This document shows positions 25,545 through 37,399 of a DNA stretch of 64,000 nt, one piece after another; the first letter of the stretch is position 1, and each line of letters starts with the position of its first letter. The stretch covers positions 15,676,213-15,740,212 of the forward strand of contig OZ234493.1 of NCBI GenBank assembly GCA_965153455.1, written 5' to 3'. Position numbers and translations under genes: made by a program. The notes beneath the pieces are model-generated. The model was not told the DNA's origin. It did no database searches and was given only the letters and a program-made list of their open reading frames with translations. This DNA is from Sphagnum compactum (Eukaryota).

Positions 25545-27140
25545 ACTTTGGATAAATCTACAAAACATAACAAATTTATGGGTGGTCTTGATGTTATAAT
25601 GACAAGTGATTTTTACTAAATTCCACCAATTCGAGATTCAAAGATTTTCAATCAAGAACTGATGGATTCAATATCTTTGGGATGCATCTTTGGCAAAAAA
25701 ACATAAAATGTTATGAATTAAAACAAGACATGTGCCAAAATGATCTTCAATTGATTACTATTTAAAATAGGTTTCGAATAACATCACATACTTTCGAAAA
25801 TATTAGTTTTATTAATCAAATTTGTTTAAAAACATAGCCAATAGATCATACTTTGCCACATTTGTTTTACACAAATGCCAAAATAATTGAACATAACAAA
25901 ATCATGGTGCAAAACACACTAGGTCAAACATTCAGATTTCATGCAAAAGACATTCATTCTGAAACATGTCTTCTACATTTCAAATTACAAATAGTACCAA
26001 GCCAAACAATTAGCTTCGATCATGAATTATCAATTTAAAAAGATATGTTAATTGAATTATGTGCAAAAAATTACATAACATCAAATGGCTTTGTAAATGG
26101 TGTAGATGAAAATTTTAAAGATCATACAGAAACCTTTTCGAAATCATTAATATGAATACATTTTCGAAACCTTCAAATTGGAGTCAACACAAGATTTGAA
26201 AATTCACAAATGTACAAAGAATATTCAATTGGTTGTTGGGTGCATTATATATCACGCACAAAGGTTGACTCTTGATCGCTTAACATTTGATCCATTAGGT
26301 TTAACCCTAAACCCATACACAATGTTATTTTGTATTCATTGAAAAGAAGATTGATATATTTACACCAGTATCGAACAAAAATTTCCATGTATACTCCATT
26401 GTTGATCAAGAAATGTTACATTTAAAAACAACAACACAATATAATCTAACAATTCCTAGCTTGAAATCTTATTGAAAATAGTTTATTATCATACAATCCT
26501 TTAACACTCGTTCATTAAATCTACATTTCCAAGACATCCTTGTGGACCAAAACTTGCTTGCATCACATATTTTTTTGTTTAAATGAAACAAAAAAAAAAA
26601 CATTTATACATACCAAAAAATGTACCATGCCATATTAAATAACAAGTCAAACATCTTATCTTGTTATAATCAACATAAAACAATTCAATACTTTGTGATG
26701 AAATGGTTTCTTTGTCAAACACAACTTTAATAAAAAATTCAAATGTAAAATTCATTATCACAACCTTCAATGAAAATACACGAGATGCTATACATGTAAT
26801 TGTAATTTATAAACCACCAAAAATATAGGTATATTCTTTCATCTCTATTTTAAAACTTATTCTTGAGAAAAGACCTACAAATTGTTAGACTACAATAATT
26901 GGGGATTTTAATATTGACATGTTAAGAAACACATTACAATCAATGGAACTACAAAAATTAATGAACAAATATGGTCTACAAATTGGATCTTTTGAAATAA
27001 CCACTATTTATAACATTCAAATTGATCACATATGGACCAATGTGCTATCACAACATTGCATTTTTATCAACTGAAGCTTATTGAACAAATCATAAACCCA
27101 TACACATTGCATTCAAATTACCGGACCATGTCCCAAAATT
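25545..27140 (+). mobile_element. Degenerate Helitron/Helentron remnant: PIF1-like SF1 helicase followed by APE-type endonuclease
   Basis: Helicase motifs FMGGLDVIMTSDFY*IPP, YELKQDMCQND, LFYTN, NYITSNGFVNGVD and IQL...IYHAQRLTLD. Then EEP/APE motifs SFNTRSL, CLNET, VIYKPP, IIGDFNIDM, IDHIWTN and Y*TNHKPI. Many stops and frameshifts. Confidence 0.82.
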
Positions 27141-27487
27141 TTACCCTACAAAATGAGATTCATCACATTCAGGATTATTCAAACATATATTATCAAGTTC
27201 TTAATTCGGCAAGGCTTACATGTCGTGACACTCTTGTTTTTAACACCCCTCAAACAAAGGAGGACAAAATGATGCTAGGTAATGTAATTCCCATCATCAA
27301 TCAATTAGAGACAAAAAAACATAAAAAATCAAAGCAGGTCTATATGATTTGCAAATTTAATATTTCTAGGGTTGAATATGCCCACTAAAATGTAGCACTC
27401 AAGAGGGGGAAAGGTATTAGATTAGGTACTAGATCTGTTTACCAAGAGGCTTCATGATTAAAAAATGGGAAGATACTATTGATTGGA

Positions 27488-29152
27488 TTAGGTACTAAGT
27501 ACTTTGCGCTTGAGGACCACAAGGAGGAGACTCGTACTGAAAATCTTGTATTCTTGTTGGGCTTTAGGGTCGGAAAGGAGGGAGGTGACACGAGCTGTTA
27601 TGCATCGCTGGTAGCGAACGTAGAATTCGTCGGTGTTGTGTCGGCCCATGTGTGCCTCCATGATGGGGCCAAGCATCGCCCTCACCCATGCAGACAAAAA
27701 TGTAGCGAAGGATTTGGGGAATTGTAGCATGTGCATTAGTTCGTCCTGAGGGCAGATGCTGTAGTCATCCCACAATTGCAAATATTGGATGTCAAAGGCA
27801 CCACACTTGATGATTGATGCCTCCACCTCCTCCTTTGAACGGCGATACATGGGGACGTTAAATGTGTCTCTTGTTTCAACAGTTATCACTCCCTGTGCGT
27901 GCAAACAACCATGATCCAGAAAGATGTAAAAGATTTGAATTGTCAATCTATTGAGAACTTGAACAACACGATGGATTTTTAGTCTGCAACTTTTTTGAAA
28001 GATTGCACCTTGTCTTGCAAGGCAGAGACAATGACTTTCTACTTGTGTTTCATCAAAAAATTGGTTCACCAAGAGCATAGAGTATTGTGTTCTTTACATA
28101 CGTCGTCAATGAGGTTGTTCCAAGCATTTTCGAAGTCAGAACCAACAAAACAGCAATGGTGACATTCGGGGTTGGTTTGGTTTTCAGGGTTGGCTGGGTC
28201 CTGACGGCTAGTGAAGTACGCGAACACGATACCACCAGGTGCCATTTCAACAGCACGACTACTGAGAAAGTTGTCCAAGTCAAGCATGCTTTGTTGAGCA
28301 AACTCTCGTGCAATAGTAGGGTTGCTACCAAGAATCCAAGAGCGGCCTTTGTTGTAAAGTGGAGAATTCGGATCTGTCAGTGCTGCTGGTATCTGCGTGC
28401 ACAACCAACAAGAGTAGTCTCGTCAATGATTTATTAATCACCATGACGATTGTGAAATTTGTTAATATTCAATTGGTGTAGATGTGCATGGTGAATTGAT
28501 CTAAAAATTCATATTTCTAAATAGTCCTATGTACATGAGTTAACAATCTTCAAGACGCAAAACATTGGATCAGAATGGTGGAGTAATTGAACATCAATCA
28601 ATCTACCTGAGACATCCAGTGCAAGGAAAACGTGGATATTACGAAATGCATGCTCTCCTTGGGCAACAAACGGTTGTAGAATGATCCTCCCATCATTGCT
28701 GAGAAGTAGTTGCGAGCTCTTCCAACATTGGCGCCATTGACCGATCCAGCTAAATCCTTGGCATTTTTGGCCTCTGACGCCAATAGCTGAACAAGGTTAT
28801 TGAAATCATTCCCAGGCAAGTCCATGAAGGAAACAAGCATCTCCGGCATGCAAGTGACATGACCATTATTTTCGCTAGCGTCGAGGTACTTATCAATGAT
28901 GCACTTCACAATGAAGTTCACGTAACTTATGGAGTTTCTCCCAGTGGAGCAACCGAAATCAGCAATATGCAAAGGACCTTGTTTCGGCAGACTCATCTGC
29001 TTAACAGCTTCGGCCATTAACGGCTCCAACGTCTTGATTGAAGATGCTTGTAGCACCCCCATCCGCTGGTAACTGAATTCTCCATCACCACCCACCATGG
29101 AAATAATTTTCCCCAGCTTCACGTCGGTCACCTGCATTCCCGATTCCACCAT
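27488..29152 (-). CDS. SABATH family SAM-dependent carboxyl methyltransferase, copy 2 (413 aa)
   Basis: Exons 29152-28607, 28392-28102 and 27892-27488. Same motifs and intron positions as copy 1; frame intact. Confidence 0.93.
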
Positions 29153-30524
29153 TGCTGTAAATCCAAGATACGTTTCAATCACGAAAACAAAATAAAATAA
29201 GAATTATACACACTTCCTTTAAGATACACCACTTGTAAACTAAGAGAGTCTTTCCCTAAATCTTCACGGTCATGTAGTACTACTCTGCTTCAGGACTCGT
29301 GTTTTTCCTGTTACAAAACACAAAAGACTGCTGTACAAATACAAGAACGGCCCCTTTCTCTCTCTCTTTCTTTCTTTCACTTCCTCAACTCGGCTGCTGT
29401 GGGCACTGGGTACTGCTTATATCTTTCGTAAACTCAAGGAATTTTTTATACTACATTGGTGGTGTGAATGGGTGCACATTTGTTGGGGGCAGGGGAGGCG
29501 CCATAATACATCACTAGTAATTACTCCATCTTCTTTAAGAGAAAGATGGATGGGGCCAAGAGTAGATAATCAAAAGCAATTATACAATTCAAATACACCC
29601 ATGTGCACATGTAAGATTGGCCACTAAACACGATGATGATGATACTAAAATTATCTGTAAAGTCATGCCCTGTCGGGCCTGAGTTGCACCCCCCATTTTA
29701 ATGCTTGATCCCCCATTTCCTGGTTGTTATCCACAAATCCATCAAATTTTATTGGCTTTACCTACCAAGGCGAGGATATTGTGTCGCGATTCATTATAGA
29801 GTATAGTAGCTTAAGGGATGTTGGCCCATACTAGGTAACAGGTCTATTTTTATATGAGAATTATTCAAAGATTATATGTTGGCTTGTATTGAAAGTTAAG
29901 ATTAATTGCACAGTTATAATGTCATGAATGATTTTGGTTTCTTTTAGAGGATTTTTTGAAGATTATATTTTTGCATGGTGAAATATTTGAGTTTTCATCA
30001 TTCTACTGTTGCCTTAAGATACCTTTTAATGTAAATGGCAAGGCCACAGTGTGACTGATCCCTTGTTTAAATAAAGGTATGAAATACTGAGACTCAGCAT
30101 TAAATGCACCAGGCTCCAGAACATTTATAGTTACAGTACACATAGCAGCAGCAGTGATTGCTTGAAGGCGTTCAGGAAAAGAAAGGACAGTGCAAACTCA
30201 GTTGAGCACCAAATTTGCTCCTAAACTGAGTTTCATGCCCGGTTAAAGCCCAGTGTAGTTTTTTTCCCCTTGTTTTTTGAAATCTATCCCCTATGTGACT
30301 AAACAGGGGGTTCCGGTGCCGTCTTTTCCTTACTTTACGATTAACTTTACTATGACCCCAAATTTCTGCCCTTGCCATTAGCCCAGGCCAAAAATTGGTG
30401 ACCAACAGTTTTGGAAAGAGAAATTTCATGCAGCTAATGGGAAGGCTCAGCATGCACTCACAACCGGGCCTATTTTTTCCTTCTGGGGGTGGGTTTGGGT
30501 GGCGGAAGTTATTGTTTTGTTTTT

Positions 30525-30650
30525 CCCCTTGTTCTCAATATGTTCCCACCATTTTCTCATCAAGTTCCCAAAGGATTCCCAAGTTCCTAAGGTGTTCCCA
30601 AATGCATTTCCCAAGATGTTCCCAATAACACCTAGGTTTTATCCTATATG
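30525..30650. repeat. Dispersed gttccca-rich repeat (MITE-like family); related copy at ~63795-63925
   Basis: Both loci have arrays of (t)gttccca/gttctca units ending in tgttcccaata.c.c..tt.t..cat.t..tttgc. Confidence 0.55.
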
Positions 30651-33526
30651 GTTTGCTCAAAGTTGAGCTCCTCTGTATAGAAATTAAGAAGGTGAAATCA
30701 AGGGGTGCACATTTTAAATTTTTAAATTTTTTGTTGTCTAAATTATTTGGATGAGTGTTTACTGAAGTGTTCCTGATGTGTATGCATACTTCCATAGTTT
30801 AATTAATGCACCATGAAAAATTTGATAAAAAAACGTAGAAAAAAGTCCTTGCACAATTGACACAAATTCCCCTTTCTTTGGTGAGGATTTTAGTCATTGA
30901 AGGAGTGTGGGTTGCATCACTGAAAATCGCTGCATTTTTTCATCGTCAAATTTTGATAATCAATAGATCTTGAAAACCAAGCAGCTTAAGAAACAAACTT
31001 AGTTTATTGATCGCATTAAGATTTATATTCCATAGTTTTAAAGTGAGTCTCATCAATGATGAAACCCTATCCATATGTGTAAAGCCCGAGGCTTGTTTAC
31101 GAAAAAACTATTCTCGTGGTATCCCTATCACTAGTTTCTTTATTCCAAGTAATACTAATCAATAGAAATTTGTCAAAAAAATTTGTTTCTATTTTGTGGT
31201 TGGGGTCCAAAGAAATGCTTCTATTGGGGGCATGCCCAGTGGTCCAAATTTTTTGCTGATGGGCCAATCAGTATGGCTCCATTTAAAAAAAAGAGAAAGT
31301 TGTGAGTGCACCCATGATCTAATTAATATGAATCACACTATGTCCCCAAATTACATATTGTTGTAATGATAAATGTATTGTGTAGCAGAATGACTTAGAA
31401 AATTATTTTTCTTGTGATCCCCCTCCTACCACCAAAGCATTTGACAAGTGTTTTTTTTAGCCTCCGACTTCTAGTTTCAGTTTTGTTTGTTATGTAATAC
31501 AAAAACCGATCATGCACAATCAAAGAACAAAAAAATCTCAAAGGGAAAGAAAATCATGTTCATACATAGTAAATAGTACAATGGTTCCAAACTAAACCAA
31601 ACCAGCATCTACACTACACTGGTACCTTCACCTTCTTGAGTAAGGCCGATGAGAGCTAATAAGCAACAAAGGAAATGTTAAAATAAAATAAAATAAAAGC
31701 ATAATTTTGACAATAGGCTAATAGAAATGAAAGCAATGAACATTTTTACATTATAACTTCATCAAATATAGGATAAACTTTCTCGGTGTATCAAAATACA
31801 CTTCTCATTAAGTTTGATTGGGGGCATGGTCTATTTCATTTAGTTTCTATAATCATACAAAAATATTACCAGCATACCTTACAGCTTTCTAGCTTTTTAC
31901 CTTACATTTTAAGGTTTGCAAACCCAATTGTAACTCCCTATTCATAAGCACAACCAAAACTTTTTAATTTCTTGTGAGATTGTTTTTCGCACATATTTAG
32001 TGTCAAACCAACCATTGATTTGCAATAGACCAATTGGTATCATATTCATATTTCATACTCAAGTTGAGACAACATTGGCCTTGTACACAAATAAAAAGCT
32101 ACATAGTTTGTGGGCCACAACATTGAACCAAACCGTCTCACAACATTTTATTTTATTATTATCATTTTTTAACAAAATTAGGTTGTTGAAATTTAATGAA
32201 TCAAGGCCAAAAGTACAAAGCCACACACATGCATGTAGACACACAAAGTTATATTACAATTCCTCTCGTATAATACATGTTCCTGTTTCAAGCATTCAAG
32301 TCAAGATTGGACAAAGAACCCGAATGAATGTCGTGATAAATAATATATCAATTTGTTTGCAAAGAGAAACTCTCCATGAAACCTACCTAGAGGTACACTG
32401 CTTTTTAATTATCATATCTCAAGTGATGAAATTCTAATTCTTTTCTATGATCTATATATTAATTTAATACCTTTTTTATTACCTAATTTTCTAATGAACA
32501 TCTATTTGAAAACTATGTAATAAAGATATTCGTAAAGTGATGTTGAGTTTCGCCCGGTGTCTCATGCCCTATTTCATGTTATTAGCCCTAGTACCTTGCT
32601 CAAGTTACCCTAAAGTTACCCAAACAAGAAGCCACAATGGAAAACACATGGTGATATAAAAAGTTGACTGAATTTGGGGGCATTATTCATGTTGCTGGAA
32701 TGCTCTCCGTGAGTCAGATTCCTTTCATAGAATTTATTTCACAATTTCCAGAGCTAAGGTGTGGAAAATATTAGTTTTTGAGTGCATTTTGTTGCTGGAA
32801 ATTCAAACAGATTGCAAAAAATGTGTTTGGAAGAAAAAATCAGTTGAGCCCTCAATGTGTCCACACTTGGGCCAATGGCACATGCTATACACGAGTGTAC
32901 AGAAAAAGGCACATGTTAATATGTCTGTACATGTCCATTAATGTTGCTTGTGCCATTGGCCCAAGTGTGAACTGGACTCTGTGATTGATCCAAGTGTGAA
33001 TAGCATATTGACAATAGAGCCCTAGTGTAAAAATATCATTTTAGATTTTACGTTAATTTTCAACAATGAAAATAACTCAAAATTCAATATCATTTGCACC
33101 TTATGTTAAAAAATTTCCAAATCACCTTCATTAAATCCTACTCATGGAAGGTTTTCCAACAATACTGAGAGTGCACGCAAATACCCTTATAAATTTTAGT
33201 TTTGATTTAAATGAATTTTTTGGTGAAGATTTGAATATTCAATAACTTTTTTCATCATAGGTCAAAACATTATGAAACCAACTCAATGGACCTCTACTCA
33301 TCAAGGGCTTTCCAATGGTATCAAGAGTGTGACATTGTCACACCATGGTTTGAAAGATCTCAATGTGACAAACAAAACAAACAAACAACCTTCTTTCATA
33401 GTACATAGATGTAGGTGAATATGGGAAATAAGTGAGGTCATTTAGACTGGGAAGAGGTAGGTTTGGATGGCGCACAGTTAGACAGTACTTTCTTATTATG
33501 TAAAATTAAAAATTTTGTTTGTTTTA

Positions 33527-33749
33527 GGAAAATTTGAAATTCACACCTTTTTTGGTTAAATTCACACCCTTTCTTCGCGCGTTGAAGAGTGTCGACACGT
33601 GAAGAGTGCCGACACGGAGATACGACTTGATAACGTGCTGGTGTCCTTCCACCCTTGTGGTACTGGCGCTGCCAAATTGGGGAAACTCGATAAACAATCA
33701 AAGAAAGGGTGTGAATTTAACCAAAAAAGGTGTGAATTTAAAATTTTTC
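33527..33749. mobile_element. MITE with ~49-bp TIRs (Mutator-like) upstream of RPS24
   Basis: Left arm ggaaaatttgaaattcacaccttttttggttaaattcacaccctttctt has a near-perfect reverse complement at 33701-33749. Direct flanks ttgtttta/ttgtttta (8 bp). Confidence 0.85.
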
Positions 33750-34144
33750 TTGTTTTAAATTACAATTTGTTTTTTGAGTAATGTGCCACTTTTGTGGTTA
33801 TTTAACCTGCAGGCAGTTGTGACTTTTGAACTCCTCAATAACTTGCCACTTTGGTTGTCTTCACTTCTTTGAATTACACAAGCCATTTTACAGTAACATG
33901 TCACGTGTTGTGGCTTTTTACGTGCGTTAGACTGCTTTGGTGAGAAAACTCGGATTTGAAGTTATAATACGCCACTTTTGGCTCTCTCCACTGGTTTCGT
34001 TTTCAGTTTTATAAACCCTTTCCAATAAAATGATACATTTATGGCTTTTTACCTGGACGCGGCGTTTTGTGTGACAGGAGTTTCTAAGGACCGGAAAATG
34101 TTTTGTAAACTTGCGGTTCAGATCTTCCACATGTGGCAATGGAC

Positions 34145-34200
34145 GGCCCATATTCTTCGTTCCTGAGTTTCTAGGGCTCGGAGAGTTAGGGTTAGGGTTT
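34145..34200 (+). promoter_or_regulatory. Site II (GGCCCA) plus telo-box module of a ribosomal-protein promoter/5'UTR
   Basis: ggccca at 34145-34150 and ttagggttagggttt at 34186-34200. This pairing is established for plant ribosomal-protein genes. Confidence 0.6.
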
Positions 34201-34327
34201 GGGGATGAGGGTTCTTTGAGGGGCTGTGGAGTTCAAGGTTTCTCTTTTTCGCTGCGCGCTTCGCTGGTCGTCGAGTCTTGGAAGGAGCAGCAGTAGCGGC
34301 TGCGGCGGTGGCAGTAGCGTCGTAACC

Positions 34328-36465
34328 ATGGCCGAGAGGGCGTGCACCGTGCGAACACGCAAGTTCATGACCAACCGGCTGCTAGCCCGCAAGCAGTTTG
34401 TAAGTGACTCCTTGTAGCCCTTTCCGTTTTGTGTTGTTTTCTTCCTCCATAGAGAACAATGGTGATGGCCGTTACTCGCAAGTTTGTGGCGGGCGATGTT
34501 ATGGAAGTATGGGTACTCTTCAAAGTTTGTGACGGGCGATGTGATGGAAAGATGGCTAGTCTTCGAGTTTGTGGCGGGCGATGCGATGGAAGTATGGCTA
34601 CTTTGGGAGCTTTCGGAATAAAAGGAAATGGGGGAGAAGCCACCTGCTAGGTCCTTTGATCTTCGGGGTCGACCTTAGTGGCTGGTTTTGCTACAAGCTC
34701 GTGCACGTAGGCGGATGACTCTGACTGAGAGGAGAGCTATACTGTTGGTGATTCTTTGGGGAAAAAAAGTGTTTTCTTTTAATTGTGTGAGTTTCTCAGC
34801 GTAGAAACACTTATTAGTTTCAACTTGTAGAATACGACATTCATGAATTACAATTGGGAATGAAAATAGAGCGTTAAGAGAACATCGTGCCACTCCTTTT
34901 GTCCTTGAGGACCATCTTACAAATTTATTGTTTTGGCTGTGTTATTGTGAGGATGGATATATTGGGATTATGTACTGGAAAGTGCCTCATTTCTGGTTGG
35001 GGGAAGTTTTGAAGATGGTGTCTTGGCTCTGCAGGTCATTGATGTTCTTCATCCTGGCCGAGCCAATGTCTCAAAGGTGCGAATGTTTCAGCTGAAAATG
35101 AAATGTATTTTTCATCTAGAATTATTGTGTCTCCAGCTGAGCTTGACGAGCCTGGTGTGTTCTAGTTCTATTGGACATCCAGTCAACTAGAAGACTGGAG
35201 CAGGCTTTTGCTGGGATTAGGGCTGTCGAAGACTTCTCACCTTTGCCACCAGTCACTTCGAGATTGAGCCAAACTGAGTGGAAGTCCCTTGCCATTGCAT
35301 GTGATTAGAATTGTGGTCACTTGTCAATTTACTCTTCTGTAGCACACAACTTCCAAGGTTCAAATTATGCAAAAGCAGTGAACTCCAGGGTTTTTAGTTT
35401 CTTTTGCAGATGAATATATTGGTGTGCTTCTGTGTTCTTTTGGAGTGGCTTTGTTGTTGATAAAGTGGAAAAAAATACTCAACTTAATGTACAGGCAGAG
35501 CTGAAGGAGAAGCTTTCGAAGGTTTATGATGTGCGGGATCCTCAATCCATTTTTGTCTTCGGCTTCCGGACTCAGTTTGGAGGTGGCAAGTCAACTGGAT
35601 TCGGCCTAATCTATGACAGTGTTGATGCTGCGAAGAAATTTGAGCCCAAATATCGACTCATCCGAGTATGTTTGTTTCTGCCTCTTGCTTCTTCTAGACT
35701 ATTGCTGCAGACTAGTTGAGGGGAGCTTACATGGATTCACAAGGTACATGAGCTGAAGATGTGTAATTCTCAGTGGACACTGTACTACTTCTCATGTCCT
35801 GCCACAGTGATCGTTCGCTACTCCTGTAACTACACCATTGTCTGGTGACAGTGTGCCCCGGCTTATCTGATTCCTTGGTTTCTTCTGTGTTAATGAAGTT
35901 TGCCTGGGTCATGTGCAGAATGGTTTGGCAACAAAGGTGGAGAAATCAAGGAAGCAAATGAAGGAACGGAAAAACAGGGCCAAGAAGATCAGAGGTGTCA
36001 AGAAGGTAATGGTTCTCTCCCTCCCCCTACCCGCCCATTTTATGTATTGTGTTTACCCTCTAATTCCTAGTGTCATTGAGGTTTGAGAACAGAGTATTTT
36101 CCTATAGACAGTTTCTATAAGTACATGAATGATTAATATGAGTGGTTCCACTTAGCCCTGATATTATGCATCATTTGATTTGAGCTTTGAGTTTTGAGGC
36201 AGTTATTCAAGGAGACTATCCTCATTCCAGATATTAAGATATTTGCATTGATGATTGTTGCTCTCGACACATTAGAGAATCCTTTCAGTTTGATTGAATG
36301 TTGACTACTTCTCGACCTCATGGTCTTTTCATATTGATCCTCTACTTTGAAGGTTGCTTAGGTATAAACTTTGCAAGTGTTGTTCAATCTGGAAATTTCA
36401 TATTTTTTGTCTTCTTTCTTTTTGTGCAGACAAAGGCTTCAGATGCAGCAAAGAAGAAGAAGTAA
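34328..36465 (+). CDS. RPS24: 40S ribosomal protein S24 (eS24), 135 aa
   Basis: Exons 34328-34399, 35035-35076, 35495-35665, 35919-36005 and 36430-36465 read [45 protein letters not shown]...[14 protein letters not shown]...[40 protein letters not shown]. Confidence 0.97.
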
Positions 36466-37399
36466 AAAATCAATCTGCGGTATTATTACCTTTTTTGGTA
36501 TCTTGATGTTTGTTGCCCAAAATGAGTAAGGCTTTTCTGTGGGGGGGTTTTATCCTGTCAATCAAGGCACGCCAGTCCCACTTTAGTTTGTTTGTGCACC
36601 AGGCAGGATTTTATAGTCAAGCAAGTGTTTGTTAGCATCGTTTACTTGGTAGCTTTTTACCATTAAAAGGCTGTTTTGTTCTGGATCTTCAAGCCAATTG
36701 ATGGAACAATTCTTCCAAATTTGTGTGTGAGAATCAATTAGAATGGTGCTAATTTAGAATGCATGTGACACAACTTACAAAGATCTCACAACGTTATGAC
36801 TGTGCAGTCACTCATTCTTGTTGAGTCATACATTGTTTCCTTGATCATACAATGTTGTGGTTGCTGATCCTTTGTCCCATTTTCTGCCTGGATCTATAGC
36901 TCACCTGTGAATGAGATGCAGCAAATAAACCTGAGCCGACCTACATACACAGCCTCAATTCTTGTACAGGACACAGTGGAACATAATCTTATTCAACATG
37001 CCAAGTACTTCGGAGGTGACCCTTGGCCTAGTGCACAATATTTCTCAGGGAACCCACCATCTATGCTTTCACCATGGCTTGATTCTAGGCAGCAATGTCT
37101 TAGCCTTGTCACACAAGTGAGCCACAAAGCACACTTTATAGTAAGTAGAGCAACAGTATGCACACAAAGAGAGAGGAAAGTGGTGATGACAAAGCTCAAA
37201 GAGGAGGCAGTAAGTATTAATGTTCTTGGTACATCAGAAAGAGTCAAGACAATATGACCCTGTGTTTATATTGATCACATAATTTGCAAGAGGATGCAAT
37301 ATGCAAATTTGTATTAAGTATAAGAGTGATCCCTGGTGCTACAAACTGACATTTCAGTCACAGGTGGTCGTGACAAGAAGATAACTCACCCTTTGACAG

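Noticed and set aside
35666-36429. Possible snoRNAs in RPS24 introns
   Set aside because: No well-formed C/D pair or H/ACA structure could be identified by eye.
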